A stretch of DNA of 64,000 nucleotides from a virus (lineage: Duplodnaviria; Caudoviricetes), in IMG/VR virus record IMGVR_UViG_3300042543_000618, positions 1 through 64,000 of that record. One strand, written 5' to 3'. The notes under the pieces were generated by a model, which saw nothing but the letters and a program-made list of their open reading frames with translations, was not told the DNA's origin and ran no database searches. Position numbers and translations under genes: made by a program. This document shows positions 9,776 through 18,888 of the stretch, one piece after another (position 1 is the first letter of the stretch; every line of letters begins with the position of its first letter).

Positions 9776-9838
9776 GGCGTGATCCTCAGTGTAAGTGGTT
9801 AGTCCCCTCGCTAACGCTGTGGGGCGACGGCGGCAAAA

Positions 9839-10084
9839 CTACAGCAGGCTATCTCGGCGGCACTGCCAAAACTCCAGCACCGCCAGCCCTGGGAATTGCT
9901 CCTCAACAGCAGCCTCAATCCGCTGCCGGTCTTCCAGCCCCATGTAGCTGTCTTGAATTTCGACAACTTCGACAGTAAAGGTAAACTCGCCGTCCACCTC
10001 CCCAACCAGGGAAACAAAGAATTTGACAAGGGTAGGGGCGGTGGTGGTTTCAGGGGTGCGGGCTTCAACAACTTGAGCTACCAT
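9839..10084 (-). CDS. Hypothetical protein, first gene of the XRE-controlled operon
   Basis: AAGG RBS; downstream of a TTGACA promoter. Confidence 0.6.
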   Translation of the reverse strand: MVAQVVEARTPETTTAPTLVKFFVSLVGEVDGEFTFTVEVVEIQDSYMGLEDRQRIEAAVEEQFPGLAVLEFWQCRRDSLL

Positions 10085-10163
10085 ATCGATAAACCTTTTT
10101 GGTGAGTGGTTTTACTTCCCCGCTTGGGCTGCAACCCGGGCGGGGCTTGCTTTGTCATGCTCA

Positions 10164-10217
10164 ATAATAGCGTAAAGAACTTTACGGTGTCAACTATCTT
10201 ACGAAAAGCTATTTACG
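10164..10217. promoter_or_regulatory. Divergent promoter region with two 16-bp operators
   Basis: Minus-strand TTGACA(10193-10188)-N18-TATTAT; CGTAAAGAACTTTACG (10171-10186) and CGAAAAGCTATTTACG (10202-10217). Confidence 0.7.
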
Positions 10218-10242
10218 CTATAGTCTTGGTATAAATCACGTT

Positions 10243-10476
10243 ATGGGAGAGATACCAATGTCACGGGTCGCCGAGCTGCGCAAAGCTAAAACCCTCACTC
10301 AGAGGGAGTTAGCCGATCTTGTTGGGGTTACAGAAACTACGGTCAGGAATTGGGAAAATAATCGGTCTGGCGTCGATTGGTTTGATCGGATAGCCAAGTT
10401 ATGTCAAGCGTTAGACTGTTCTCCCCAGGATCTAATTCAATACGTTGATCCCACCAAAGACAGTCCGCTACCATAG
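10243..10476 (+). CDS. XRE-family HTH transcriptional regulator
   Basis: LRKAKTLTQRELADLVGVTETTVRNWE. Confidence 0.9.
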   Translation: MGEIPMSRVAELRKAKTLTQRELADLVGVTETTVRNWENNRSGVDWFDRIAKLCQALDCSPQDLIQYVDPTKDSPLP

Positions 10477-10541
10477 AACCACGCGCTGTATTGCATGGCC
10501 CCCTCGGGGGCTTTTTGTTGCTTATCCGCTATAATCACCAC

Positions 10542-10686
10542 CGTTAGATACACCTTGATACCCGCGATCGCGCCCTAGCTAAGTGCGATCGCGCTTCCTC
10601 CGCCTTCCTCCGCTGGCATCCGCTACAATAGCCCCATTCTCCTAACACTGCGCCAAAGCTCCCGGCATTGCCCATGGGAGCTTTTC
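10542..10686 (+). ncRNA. Candidate ~145-nt sRNA
   Basis: TATAAT at 10530-10535; HIP1-closed hairpin; tandem CTTCCTCCGC; intrinsic terminator at 10655-10685; no ORF. Confidence 0.5.
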
Positions 10687-10731
10687 ATTGCTTATCTGCT
10701 ATAATCACCGGCAAACTTTCGGAGGCTTGCT

Positions 10732-10884
10732 ATGAGTGATGATCAACTAGCCCAGGTGAAGGCGATCGCTACCCAGATAGCCCGTCATGAAGTCATGCTG
10801 CATGAAATCCGCTTCACCCTATCCGGCGTGGTGGTGGGTGCCGTGGTGGCCCTGGCGTGGTTGGCAGCTGCGGGGAAGCTGTAG
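10732..10884 (+). CDS. Small membrane protein (50 aa)
   Basis: GGAGG RBS; MSDDQLAQVKAIA... with a C-terminal hydrophobic helix; own TATAAT promoter copy. Confidence 0.6.
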   Translation: MSDDQLAQVKAIATQIARHEVMLHEIRFTLSGVVVGAVVALAWLAAAGKL

Positions 10885-10982
10885 TCAACACGTTTCGATT
10901 GTGATCACGCTCTCAGGTTGTCAAAACGATCGCACCTCCCCCTATTCGATACGATAGGGCTAGTGGGTATTCGCAATAATCA

Positions 10983-11345
10983 ATGGCAACCTATAGCCCG
11001 TCACAGCTTGGCTTTCTGCTCCAGCAATGGGGCAGTGGCAACCTGGACAACATCATGTCCCCGGGCCATATCGTCTCCGGGGTGCCCAACCTGGTGCTAA
11101 CCGGCCATGGCTTCAGGGCAATGGGGCTGGCGGAACGGTTCACCAATGCGGATATTGAGCAAGCCATAACGTCGTTGATGGTGCGCGATCGCGGCGCGGC
11201 GGTGATGCTGATTGCCATTCACCTACTGGGTTGGACGATGGAGCGCCTAGGACGGGCGCTAGAGCATCCAGACACCAGCCATACCCAAACAGCGCTGATG
11301 CTGGCGGAGGGCTGCTTTATGGAGGTGCTGCTCAATGCCAACTAA
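10983..11345 (+). CDS. Hypothetical protein, possibly a sigma-region-4-like regulator
   Basis: 120 aa; DIEQAITSL...LLGWT..LG pattern. Confidence 0.45.
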   Translation: MATYSPSQLGFLLQQWGSGNLDNIMSPGHIVSGVPNLVLTGHGFRAMGLAERFTNADIEQAITSLMVRDRGAAVMLIAIHLLGWTMERLGRALEHPDTSHTQTALMLAEGCFMEVLLNAN

Positions 11346-11799
11346 GCATAAGCGGATCAATTTACTGGTCCCCGAGGCGATCGCGGCCCGGGTGAGGCAG
11401 GAGGCAACCTTTTTAAGGTTAAAGTCGCGGGTAACGACAGAGGACGGGCGGGAGCTAGCCAGCGTTGCCGACCTGGTGCGGTGGACCACCGACCTTTATA
11501 TCGAAGCTTGTGAGGCGGGCGGGACGCTGGAGTGCGAGCCGGTTGATAACGATGGCACCATTCCCTTTACCTTAGATTCTCATACCCGTGGCCGGTGGGA
11601 GTACGCGGTGAAGTATCGCTATGCCCGCGACTACCACGAACTAACAACGATCGCCCTTACTCGGTATTTTGACGGGCTAGACGCTCGGGCACAGCGCGAT
11701 CGCCGGTTGCTGGATAGCCTAACCAGCCTGCCAAGCCGAGAAACATTGCAACTAATCAACGCTGGAACCTATGTACCAACTACCGTCCCCTCTCTTTAG
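11335..11799 (+). CDS. Ribbon-helix-helix-like DNA-binding protein
   Basis: KRINLLVPEAIAARV...SVADLVRW. Confidence 0.5.
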   Translation: MPTKHKRINLLVPEAIAARVRQEATFLRLKSRVTTEDGRELASVADLVRWTTDLYIEACEAGGTLECEPVDNDGTIPFTLDSHTRGRWEYAVKYRYARDYHELTTIALTRYFDGLDARAQRDRRLLDSLTSLPSRETLQLINAGTYVPTTVPSL

Positions 11800-12244
11800 C
11801 TGGGCCTGGAGCGCTCAGTTTTTATCCTTGGCGACAGAGAGTGAGTCGGGGTTAATTTTGCCTGGCCAGCAACAAAAGGAACCGGCCTATTGCCACTTTT
11901 CCAGGCTATCGGCGGAGGGTGAGGAAGAAAGCTGGCTGTGGTTGTTTCCAGGCACTAGGCAGGCCGCTAGCCTGCGCCTGATGCAACGGATTAATATCGA
12001 CGATCGCCTGCGGGACTTGGTAGAACTAACCATCCCAATGAGCTTACCGGATTGTACCTACCCTACCTACTTACAAGTGGTGGACCTGGACCACCTACGC
12101 CGCGCACCGTTAGAAGAATCTGGCATCGTCGAGGTGTGGATCGGATTTGACTATCGGAAATATGCCAGCGATCGCAGGATGCGGGCTGCTGTTGATACCA
12201 TCCTTCCCACCTCGGAATTTGTCCGAAAGGCAGCCCTAACGTGA
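11771..12244 (+). CDS. Hypothetical protein
   Basis: Coupled operon ORF, 157 aa. Confidence 0.55.
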   Translation: MYQLPSPLFSWAWSAQFLSLATESESGLILPGQQQKEPAYCHFSRLSAEGEEESWLWLFPGTRQAASLRLMQRINIDDRLRDLVELTIPMSLPDCTYPTYLQVVDLDHLRRAPLEESGIVEVWIGFDYRKYASDRRMRAAVDTILPTSEFVRKAALT

Positions 12245-12597
12245 AATACCTTGACTTCCTGTGCCGTCGCTTGGACTCTATCGAAAAGCATTTAAAGCTA
12301 ATTAATGAAAAGTTGCAGGAGCTACAAGAGCGACAACTGAAGCTAATGAAAAGCGATCGCGAGCAATCCCGTAAGCTCAAGACCCAGCAACGGTTAACCC
12401 TGGGCTTTAGCACTGCGGTGATCATTGGTGCCTTGATGCTATTCAACTGGTCGCCAGAGCATCAAAAACAATTGCGAGACTTGGCGGTGAGCATTATCAG
12501 CATCGGTGCCGCCGGGGTGCTAGGCACCAACGCGATGCCCCGCGAATCATCCTCAGAGGAGGACCCAGACGATGAAGGTGGATCGGATAGTCAGTGA
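12241..12597 (+). CDS. Two-TM membrane protein with coiled coil (holin-like candidate)
   Basis: Two hydrophobic segments and an acidic tail. Confidence 0.45.
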   Translation: MKYLDFLCRRLDSIEKHLKLINEKLQELQERQLKLMKSDREQSRKLKTQQRLTLGFSTAVIIGALMLFNWSPEHQKQLRDLAVSIISIGAAGVLGTNAMPRESSSEEDPDDEGGSDSQ

Positions 12598-13186
12598 ACT
12601 GCTTAACTACGTAGACCGCTGTAATTGGTGGCGGGAGCGACAGGTAAAGCAACGCCCCTACCGCATCTTGCAAACTTGGCGGCTAGCAGGGCGCGGCCTA
12701 TTACACCGCGTCCAACGACCCCGCACCCTATGCCCGCGTCATGTGGATGCCTACATTTTTGAACCCTACCGCCAGGAGGGTGGTGTCAGAGATATTCATG
12801 TCACCTGTGACCACTTAGACGGCATGAAGGCACCGGCTAGGGGTAGGGGTAAGGTACGCTCCACCCACCGGCTGACTATCCTGGTTGCTGACCATTGGAT
12901 TAATGACGATGGGCGCTACAACGCTGAGCAGATCTATAGCATCGATGACGACTGGCAGGGTAACCAACCCGAACGGGACGCCTACGCGATCGCGATTCTT
13001 TACCAAGTAGCGATGGCTTTCTACCAGGATGCCACTGATTGGACCTGGGAAATAGACACCGCCAAGCGGCTATGGATGGGCCAGCACTATACCCCGACGC
13101 TTAGCCCCAACCGCCATAGCGTTGATACCGTCGCTTGGGCATTGCGCGATCGGGTGAGGCGGACAAAGCTGGGGGCAGGGCAATAA
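12572..13186 (+). CDS. Hypothetical protein
   Basis: 204 aa, coupled to the upstream ORF. Confidence 0.55.
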   Translation: MKVDRIVSELLNYVDRCNWWRERQVKQRPYRILQTWRLAGRGLLHRVQRPRTLCPRHVDAYIFEPYRQEGGVRDIHVTCDHLDGMKAPARGRGKVRSTHRLTILVADHWINDDGRYNAEQIYSIDDDWQGNQPERDAYAIAILYQVAMAFYQDATDWTWEIDTAKRLWMGQHYTPTLSPNRHSVDTVAWALRDRVRRTKLGAGQ

Positions 13187-13231
13187 AAAACCCCAGCCAT
13201 GGGGAGGGCGGCGGGGTGGTGGTGTAGGACA

Positions 13232-13492
13232 CTAAGGGCTTATCAGGCTTTGAAGCTTATACTTGACATCTTTTTGTCCCGCCCTGAAGCCCAAATGATA
13301 AGCATTGTGCGCTAATCTCAGCGCCTGCTTAATGTCTTCTTCTGTCCAAGTAGCCGGGACTCGCGCCAGCTCATCGCCTTCACTGCTCCAGTCCAACACA
13401 ACGCTTTGATCTTCTCGACCTGAGTCGTAATCTCTAGCATTCACTATCTGGAGATCTTCTAAGTCAGGCCAGCTTGAAAAAGGTGTTTGCAT
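13232..13492 (-). CDS. Small early protein, paralog of 13535-13780
   Basis: GAAGGA RBS; C-terminal LGFRAGQKDVKYKLQSLI. Confidence 0.7.
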   Translation of the reverse strand: MQTPFSSWPDLEDLQIVNARDYDSGREDQSVVLDWSSEGDELARVPATWTEEDIKQALRLAHNAYHLGFRAGQKDVKYKLQSLISP

Positions 13493-13534
13493 AATTTGTT
13501 TCCTTCACTGCAAGCGACTCAATACTTATCCTTG

Positions 13535-13780
13535 TCAACTGCCAATCAATTTCCGTAGCTGATGGTGGACATCTTGCTGTCCTGCCTCAAATCCAAGCTT
13601 CCACACTCCTTCTAGCCTAAGGGCGACTGACCAAATATGCTCGTTAGACATTTCACGGGGAAATACAAACAACACGGTGCCGTCGCAGTCAACCAATACC
13701 TTAGGGTTTACAGAAGAATATCCATAATCTTTGCCGTCTTCAATTGTTAACTCATGATGGCCTTCAAACGGGTTACTCAT
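13535..13780 (-). CDS. Small early protein, paralog of 13232-13492
   Basis: GAGGA RBS; C-terminal LGFEAGQQDVHHQLRKLI. Confidence 0.7.
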   Translation of the reverse strand: MSNPFEGHHELTIEDGKDYGYSSVNPKVLVDCDGTVLFVFPREMSNEHIWSVALRLEGVWKLGFEAGQQDVHHQLRKLIGS

Positions 13781-13810
13781 TGGTCTGTCCTCTCTGCCGT
13801 GTACATTTAC

Positions 13811-13870
13811 ACTCTATCAATCCCTTATCGTATTGTCAACACTTTTCGATAGTGATTTTACAATGGGGTT
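13811..13870 (-). promoter_or_regulatory. Sigma70 promoter TTGACA-N17-TAGAGT, with a near-identical copy at 33618-33677
   Basis: -35 at 13839-13834, -10 at 13816-13811. Confidence 0.75.
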
Positions 13871-13893
13871 GGGCATTGCGCGATCGCGGGGAG

Positions 13894-13931
13894 GATCAAC
13901 TATAGTTGATCTACGGATCTACGGTAGATCC
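13894..13931. promoter_or_regulatory. 18-bp perfect palindrome plus GATCTACG repeats upstream of terS
   Basis: GATCAACTATAGTTGATC (13894-13911), GATCTACG twice, then GTAGATC. Confidence 0.5.
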
Positions 13932-13948
13932 ATTAACGCTACAAGCCT

Positions 13949-14404
13949 ATGCCTGCTAAGACTCCAGAGTTGATCCAAGCCAGAATTAAGAAGCTCTATG
14001 CTGAGTCCGGCAATACGATTGAGGATATTGCCCAGATTTGTGGCGTCTCCACTGGCACCGTTAAGCGGGTAGTCAAAGACGGCAAGCTGAGCCGGACCCC
14101 TACCCGCAGCGCTAATCAGGTGGTCGCTGACGCGATCGCGGCGGGGGCGAAGGTTACCATCGATGGCCTCGACGTAAATGACTACATGACCCGCACTATC
14201 AAGACCCTGGCGGGTGCAGTCAACGAGGCAGAGGCCAAGTCCCTGGAGGGCGTAGCTACGGCGCTGGCTAGGTATCTGCAGCTATACCGGGAGATGAACC
14301 CGACCACGCTGGAGGAAGCAACGATCGCGCTACTGAACCGACCAGACTTTGACGCGCAAGCCTTCCACCGCATCCTACAACGCCATGCAGAGAAAGCAGG
14401 GTAA
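13949..14404 (+). CDS. terS: Terminase small subunit (N-terminal HTH)
   Basis: HTH TIEDIAQICGVSTGTVKRVV; immediately upstream of terL. Confidence 0.7.
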   Translation: MPAKTPELIQARIKKLYAESGNTIEDIAQICGVSTGTVKRVVKDGKLSRTPTRSANQVVADAIAAGAKVTIDGLDVNDYMTRTIKTLAGAVNEAEAKSLEGVATALARYLQLYREMNPTTLEEATIALLNRPDFDAQAFHRILQRHAEKAG

Positions 14405-16256
14405 CGCGATCGCGCTATTGGAGCTAATGAGCCAGGGCCAGGAACCAACGGCGGGTGACTCCCCCTGGCTAGAGAACCCCTTACCCCTAGCTGAGTTCTG
14501 CCGCGCCTACCTGGACGTTACCCCTTGGGATATTCAGCAACAGGATTTAAGCCAGTTCCTAGGTACAACGGCGGCGGATGCTAAAGCACTATTTACCCAA
14601 GACCCGCCGACCCTTTACAATTGTGGCATTTTGTGTTATGGCAAGGGAGCGGGCAAGGATACCCTAGCCTCCGTCTGCCTTGTGTGGTTTGCCCATGTGC
14701 TGCTATGCCTGAGAGACCCCCAAGACTTTCTAGGACTTGCCCCCCAGGAACCCATTGATATTGCTCTAGCTTCACCTACCCTGCGCCAGACGCGGCGGGT
14801 AACCTTCACCAAGCTAAAGAACCGACTGCGGACCTGCACCTGGCTAAAAAGCTACCTAGCGCGTTCAGAGTTTGCGATCGCAGACGTTGACCGGTATATC
14901 AAAAAAGCAACTGACGCGGCGGACTATATTGAACTACCCCACAATATTCGGATCCACAACCTACCGCTGATTAGCAGTAGCGCAGAGGGGTTTAACCTAC
15001 TGGCATTCGTGATTAGCGAGTTTGCAGGGCTAGAGTCAGAAGCCCAGGGGGCCACGGCGGAGGCATTGTTCAATACCTTTGTCACCTCCTGCCGCACCCG
15101 CTTCAGAAAGGCATGGAAAGGTTTTCTAACCAGCTTTCCGCGTAGCGTATCGGACCCGCAGGAACAGTTGATTGAAGCCCACCAGGAGGGACGGTTCCCT
15201 GAACTATTTGTGGTGCGTCGCCCCACCTGGGAAGTCGTGCCCCACCTGGAGTACAAAGACTTTGAAACTGAATTTATCAGAGACCCAGAAGGATCGGCGG
15301 CTAAGCTAGCGGCCCAACCTCGGGCGGCGACTGAAGCCTACTTTAGATCGCCTGAACTAATTGTCCGTCATGCCAGTGGGGGGACATCCGACCTACTGAA
15401 GCGCTATGGCGTGACGGGTAGCGATCGCAGCCCTGACCCCATCCTAGAGCGCGACCTATTTGGTGACGTGGTACTGGATAGCTATGGCTTTCCGATGCTA
15501 GCCAACTGGTTCAAGGGCAAGCCCGAACGCGAGTATTACATTCATATCGACCTGGGGCTATCGGGTGATAGTGCCGGGTTTGCCATGGCCCACCTGGAGC
15601 CGGTGGGCGATCGCGCGGACCGACTGATACCGGCATTGGACCTATCCTTTCGTTGGAAGGCGGCCCACTTTACCGGACGCGGCCAGTTGCAGCGCATTAA
15701 CTGGGAGGGCGGCGATTTCACAACTGTGGACATCCGCCAGGCGGAGATAGACTTGCAGACACCGGTGGAATTTGTATTGCTGCTGAGCAAGCGGCTAGGG
15801 TTTGCGATCGCGCGGGTGACGTTCGACCAATTCAATAGCGCTACGGCTCGACAGCTGCTATACCACTATGGCGTTAGCAGCCAGAATTTTTCGGTGGACC
15901 GTAACCCAGGTTATTACGATGAACTAAAGGCGCTTATTTATGCCAGACAGTTGGTGTACCGCATCGACCCGATCCTGTTCGGGGAATTGCGGAAATTGGT
16001 GAGGCTATCGACCGGACGGATTGATGCCCCCCGTACCGCCTTAGGTAGTGACGTGGATAGCCATAAAGATATTGCCGATGCAGTAGCGTCGGTCGTGGGG
16101 GCACTGTGCAAGCTATCAGCCGCCTCCGGTGAGTTCTATAGCCTGCCAGAGCCAGAGGTGGTAGAAGAGGGCACAGAAGAGCCCTCAGGGCCGATAGAGC
16201 TTGGGTCTGACTACAGCAAGACCCAGAGCGAAATTATGAAGGAGTTTTTTGAATAA
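14349..16256 (+). CDS. terL: Terminase large subunit
   Basis: Walker A GKGAGKD; RNase H motifs HIDLG, TFDQFNS, KDIADA; true start possibly the ATG at 14385. Confidence 0.88.
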   Translation: MTRKPSTASYNAMQRKQGNAIALLELMSQGQEPTAGDSPWLENPLPLAEFCRAYLDVTPWDIQQQDLSQFLGTTAADAKALFTQDPPTLYNCGILCYGKGAGKDTLASVCLVWFAHVLLCLRDPQDFLGLAPQEPIDIALASPTLRQTRRVTFTKLKNRLRTCTWLKSYLARSEFAIADVDRYIKKATDAADYIELPHNIRIHNLPLISSSAEGFNLLAFVISEFAGLESEAQGATAEALFNTFVTSCRTRFRKAWKGFLTSFPRSVSDPQEQLIEAHQEGRFPELFVVRRPTWEVVPHLEYKDFETEFIRDPEGSAAKLAAQPRAATEAYFRSPELIVRHASGGTSDLLKRYGVTGSDRSPDPILERDLFGDVVLDSYGFPMLANWFKGKPEREYYIHIDLGLSGDSAGFAMAHLEPVGDRADRLIPALDLSFRWKAAHFTGRGQLQRINWEGGDFTTVDIRQAEIDLQTPVEFVLLLSKRLGFAIARVTFDQFNSATARQLLYHYGVSSQNFSVDRNPGYYDELKALIYARQLVYRIDPILFGELRKLVRLSTGRIDAPRTALGSDVDSHKDIADAVASVVGALCKLSAASGEFYSLPEPEVVEEGTEEPSGPIELGSDYSKTQSEIMKEFFE

Positions 16257-16458
16257 CCTCGCCGTCGATAAGGCTTAATTCAGCCCTGGCAAGCCGCTCT
16301 ATAAATTCAGAACGAGATAAGCCTGCCTGCGCCGCCAGGGTGTTGAGGATAGCCCACGCGGTAGGCGTCAAGCTAAGCTGTCCCCGCTTCTTGTGTTCTT
16401 CGTAAAAGGACTGCTTGGGTGTCAAGTTGTCCAAGCAAGCCTGGGGACGCCAAGCCAT
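16234..16458 (-). CDS. CopG/RHH DNA-binding protein
   Basis: KKRGQLSLTPTAW..L..LA...GLSRSEFIE. Confidence 0.75.
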   Translation of the reverse strand: MAWRPQACLDNLTPKQSFYEEHKKRGQLSLTPTAWAILNTLAAQAGLSRSEFIERLARAELSLIDGEVIQKTPS

Positions 16459-16604
16459 AATGCCTCCGGTTCTATTTGTGTATATCTTACGATAACACTT
16501 CAGTTTAAGCTAGCTGCGCCATAGCTAGAACTCTGAGCAATTCTCACCATGGCACCTCCCTTTAGAGGCGACGTAGTACGCTGAAATTGGAGAGGGGATT
16601 GACC

Positions 16605-17945
16605 ATGGCACACTATCAACTTTGCTACGGGCGGGTATCGACTGAAGAGCAAAGCCTGGAATTACAGGTGCAGCAATTCCAGCAACAGCTTGAGTTTGAT
16701 GAACTGTTTGCTGAAAATTTGTCAGGGCGTAGGCGCGATCGCCCTGAATTTTTGCGCATGGTAGAACGGGCATTAGACCTCCGTGGTCAACGTCATCAAG
16801 TTACAGTATGGGTCATCGAGTGGACGCGGTGGGCACGGGATACGGTTTATTCGATGGAAAGCTTGGCCCAATTGGAAGCGGCGGGCGTACAAGTGAAGGA
16901 GCTAACCACCGGCCAGGAGATCACGCTACAGACCGCCTCAGGGCTGCTCACCACTGGCGTTAAGTCGCTGATGGCGCATTATTACTCAGTAGAACTAGGC
17001 GAGCGCATCCAGCGTGCCTATGCCCAGATGAGGCGGCAGGGGCGCCCCATGTGTGGCCCGCCTCCCTTCGGCTACCAGCGATCGCCGGATGGTAGCCGCT
17101 ATGAACCGGGGCCAGAGTGGGCAAAGGCAAGGGCGGCGATAGAATTTTACCTAGAGCACGGCAACCTGATGGCATTGTCAGCCCACATGGAGGGGCGCTA
17201 CGGGTTTTATAAGTCGCGGGCGGGTTGGCGGTGGTGGCTACGTAGCGCGGCGCTACGAGGGCATTTGCACTATGCCAAAACTGATGAGTGGCGCTACAAC
17301 ACCCACCCGGCACTGATCACCGAAGAAGAGTACAAGCGTATTGAATACCTGATTAGCCTCAACCGTCAGTTGCGCGGCAACAATCAAGGACGCATCCATG
17401 CGGTGCCGCCTATTGTGTCCTGTGTTTGTGGCTGCCGGTGCCGTGCGCTTATCCGCCGGGGCCATCGCTATTTTGCCTGTGCGGCCAAAGCTGACTACCA
17501 TGACCGGGAATGCTCCTACACCCGTTCTTGCCGCCAGGATGCCATTGAAGCAGCCATTCAGGAGGCGTTGGTAGAGGCCGCTGAAGCGATCGCGGCGGAT
17601 ATGCTACAGCCCTCGACGGTGAACCCGCAGGCGATCGCGTTGGAGCGGGAACTAGAAGCACTTCGTCCTTTGGCGCACCGGGCGGCGATCGCCGAAGAAA
17701 TTGCTGCCATCGAGGCGGAGCTACAAACCTTAGCTGGGATGGCAAGCCATGTCAGTGCTAACCAGCAAGAGCTACGGGAAAAAACAATGGCGATCGCGCA
17801 GGCGGACCTGAACCTATTGCCGGTGGTAAGGCGCCGGGAAATCTACGCGGAATTGGTGGAGCGGGTGATCATGCAAGGGAAAGAAGTAGTGGAGGTGCGG
17901 CTAAAGTTTATTGGCAATAAGCAACCGTCAGACAGCAGGTTCTAG
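16605..17945 (+). CDS. Large serine recombinase (integrase)
   Basis: YGRVSTEEQ catalytic motif, SG..R.RPEF, recombinase domain PPFGY, zinc ribbon CVCG...YFAC...C. Confidence 0.92.
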   Translation: MAHYQLCYGRVSTEEQSLELQVQQFQQQLEFDELFAENLSGRRRDRPEFLRMVERALDLRGQRHQVTVWVIEWTRWARDTVYSMESLAQLEAAGVQVKELTTGQEITLQTASGLLTTGVKSLMAHYYSVELGERIQRAYAQMRRQGRPMCGPPPFGYQRSPDGSRYEPGPEWAKARAAIEFYLEHGNLMALSAHMEGRYGFYKSRAGWRWWLRSAALRGHLHYAKTDEWRYNTHPALITEEEYKRIEYLISLNRQLRGNNQGRIHAVPPIVSCVCGCRCRALIRRGHRYFACAAKADYHDRECSYTRSCRQDAIEAAIQEALVEAAEAIAADMLQPSTVNPQAIALERELEALRPLAHRAAIAEEIAAIEAELQTLAGMASHVSANQQELREKTMAIAQADLNLLPVVRRREIYAELVERVIMQGKEVVEVRLKFIGNKQPSDSRF

Positions 17946-18791
17946 CGATACAGTAACGCCTGACTGGCGATCGGGGGTAAGCTTTAGCCAGACGCCGCCG
18001 AGGCTTTTCGGCATGACAATGCGCTCCACCGCCCAGCCATTACCGCCTTCAAATTCTTCTTTGTAGGTGCCGGTCTGTACATGGTATCGCGGGGTTACCT
18101 TTACCTTGCCGGTCTCCGCCAAGCGATAGCAAGGGTGGCTGACAATGCTGCGTTCGTGGTTATGGCCATTGACGATAATATCGGCATCTGGGGCGATACT
18201 GGCGTAGCGACCGCCGCCCATGGTGCCCTTGGTGATGATGCCGCCCCAGGCGCCATGGTGAAAAAACAGGGTGCAGCGTCGCACCTTCTCAACGCCATTG
18301 CCGCGCTGCTTGTAGAACACAAAGCGCACCCAGCCCTGGTAACCCATGTGCTCAGTAACCGCCTTATGGCGATCGCGCATCTGCTGCACTACGTTAGCGA
18401 GTGGGTCCACCTCCTGGTGGTTGATGATGGCAGTTTCGTGGTTGCCATTGCCCATCATTAAAATTTCTTTGCCGTAGGGGCCAAGAATATCGGCAGACTC
18501 CTTGAATACCAAGTCAAAATAATTGGCCCCCTGGTGCTCGGGGCGAATACTGGCCTTGCTGCCCCGCTTGTCGCGTTTGCCCTGCATCAGGCATAGCACG
18601 TCGCCAAAAAATAAGGCCCTGCCACCCAGAGCCTTCATTTTATCGAGGTGAGAGAAGAATAGCTTGCGATCACATTTTGGGTTATCCAGGTGAATGTCGC
18701 TGGCCAGCAAAAAGTGCTGGGTCTCCTCCCCGGTGTAGCGCATCCGGATTTCGAGAAGTTCATCTGATAAGCGCTTTACGTCAATGTCCAT
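17928..18791 (-). CDS. Calcineurin-like metallophosphoesterase
   Basis: SDIH, GD, GNHE, HHG, GHNH motifs. Confidence 0.85.
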   Translation of the reverse strand: MDIDVKRLSDELLEIRMRYTGEETQHFLLASDIHLDNPKCDRKLFFSHLDKMKALGGRALFFGDVLCLMQGKRDKRGSKASIRPEHQGANYFDLVFKESADILGPYGKEILMMGNGNHETAIINHQEVDPLANVVQQMRDRHKAVTEHMGYQGWVRFVFYKQRGNGVEKVRRCTLFFHHGAWGGIITKGTMGGGRYASIAPDADIIVNGHNHERSIVSHPCYRLAETGKVKVTPRYHVQTGTYKEEFEGGNGWAVERIVMPKSLGGVWLKLTPDRQSGVTVSLEPAV

Positions 18792-18888
18792 CTCTCTAAC
18801 GAGAGTGCATAGCCCCAGTCTATCGGATGTCACAAATAATTAACAAAACGCCACGGGATGCCCATGGCGCTTAATGTTAGTCACCTGT

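Noticed and set aside
4659-10710. CRISPR array or mini-array among the short direct repeats
   Set aside because: Repeats occur in pairs with gene-sized, unequal spacing; no regular repeat-spacer period
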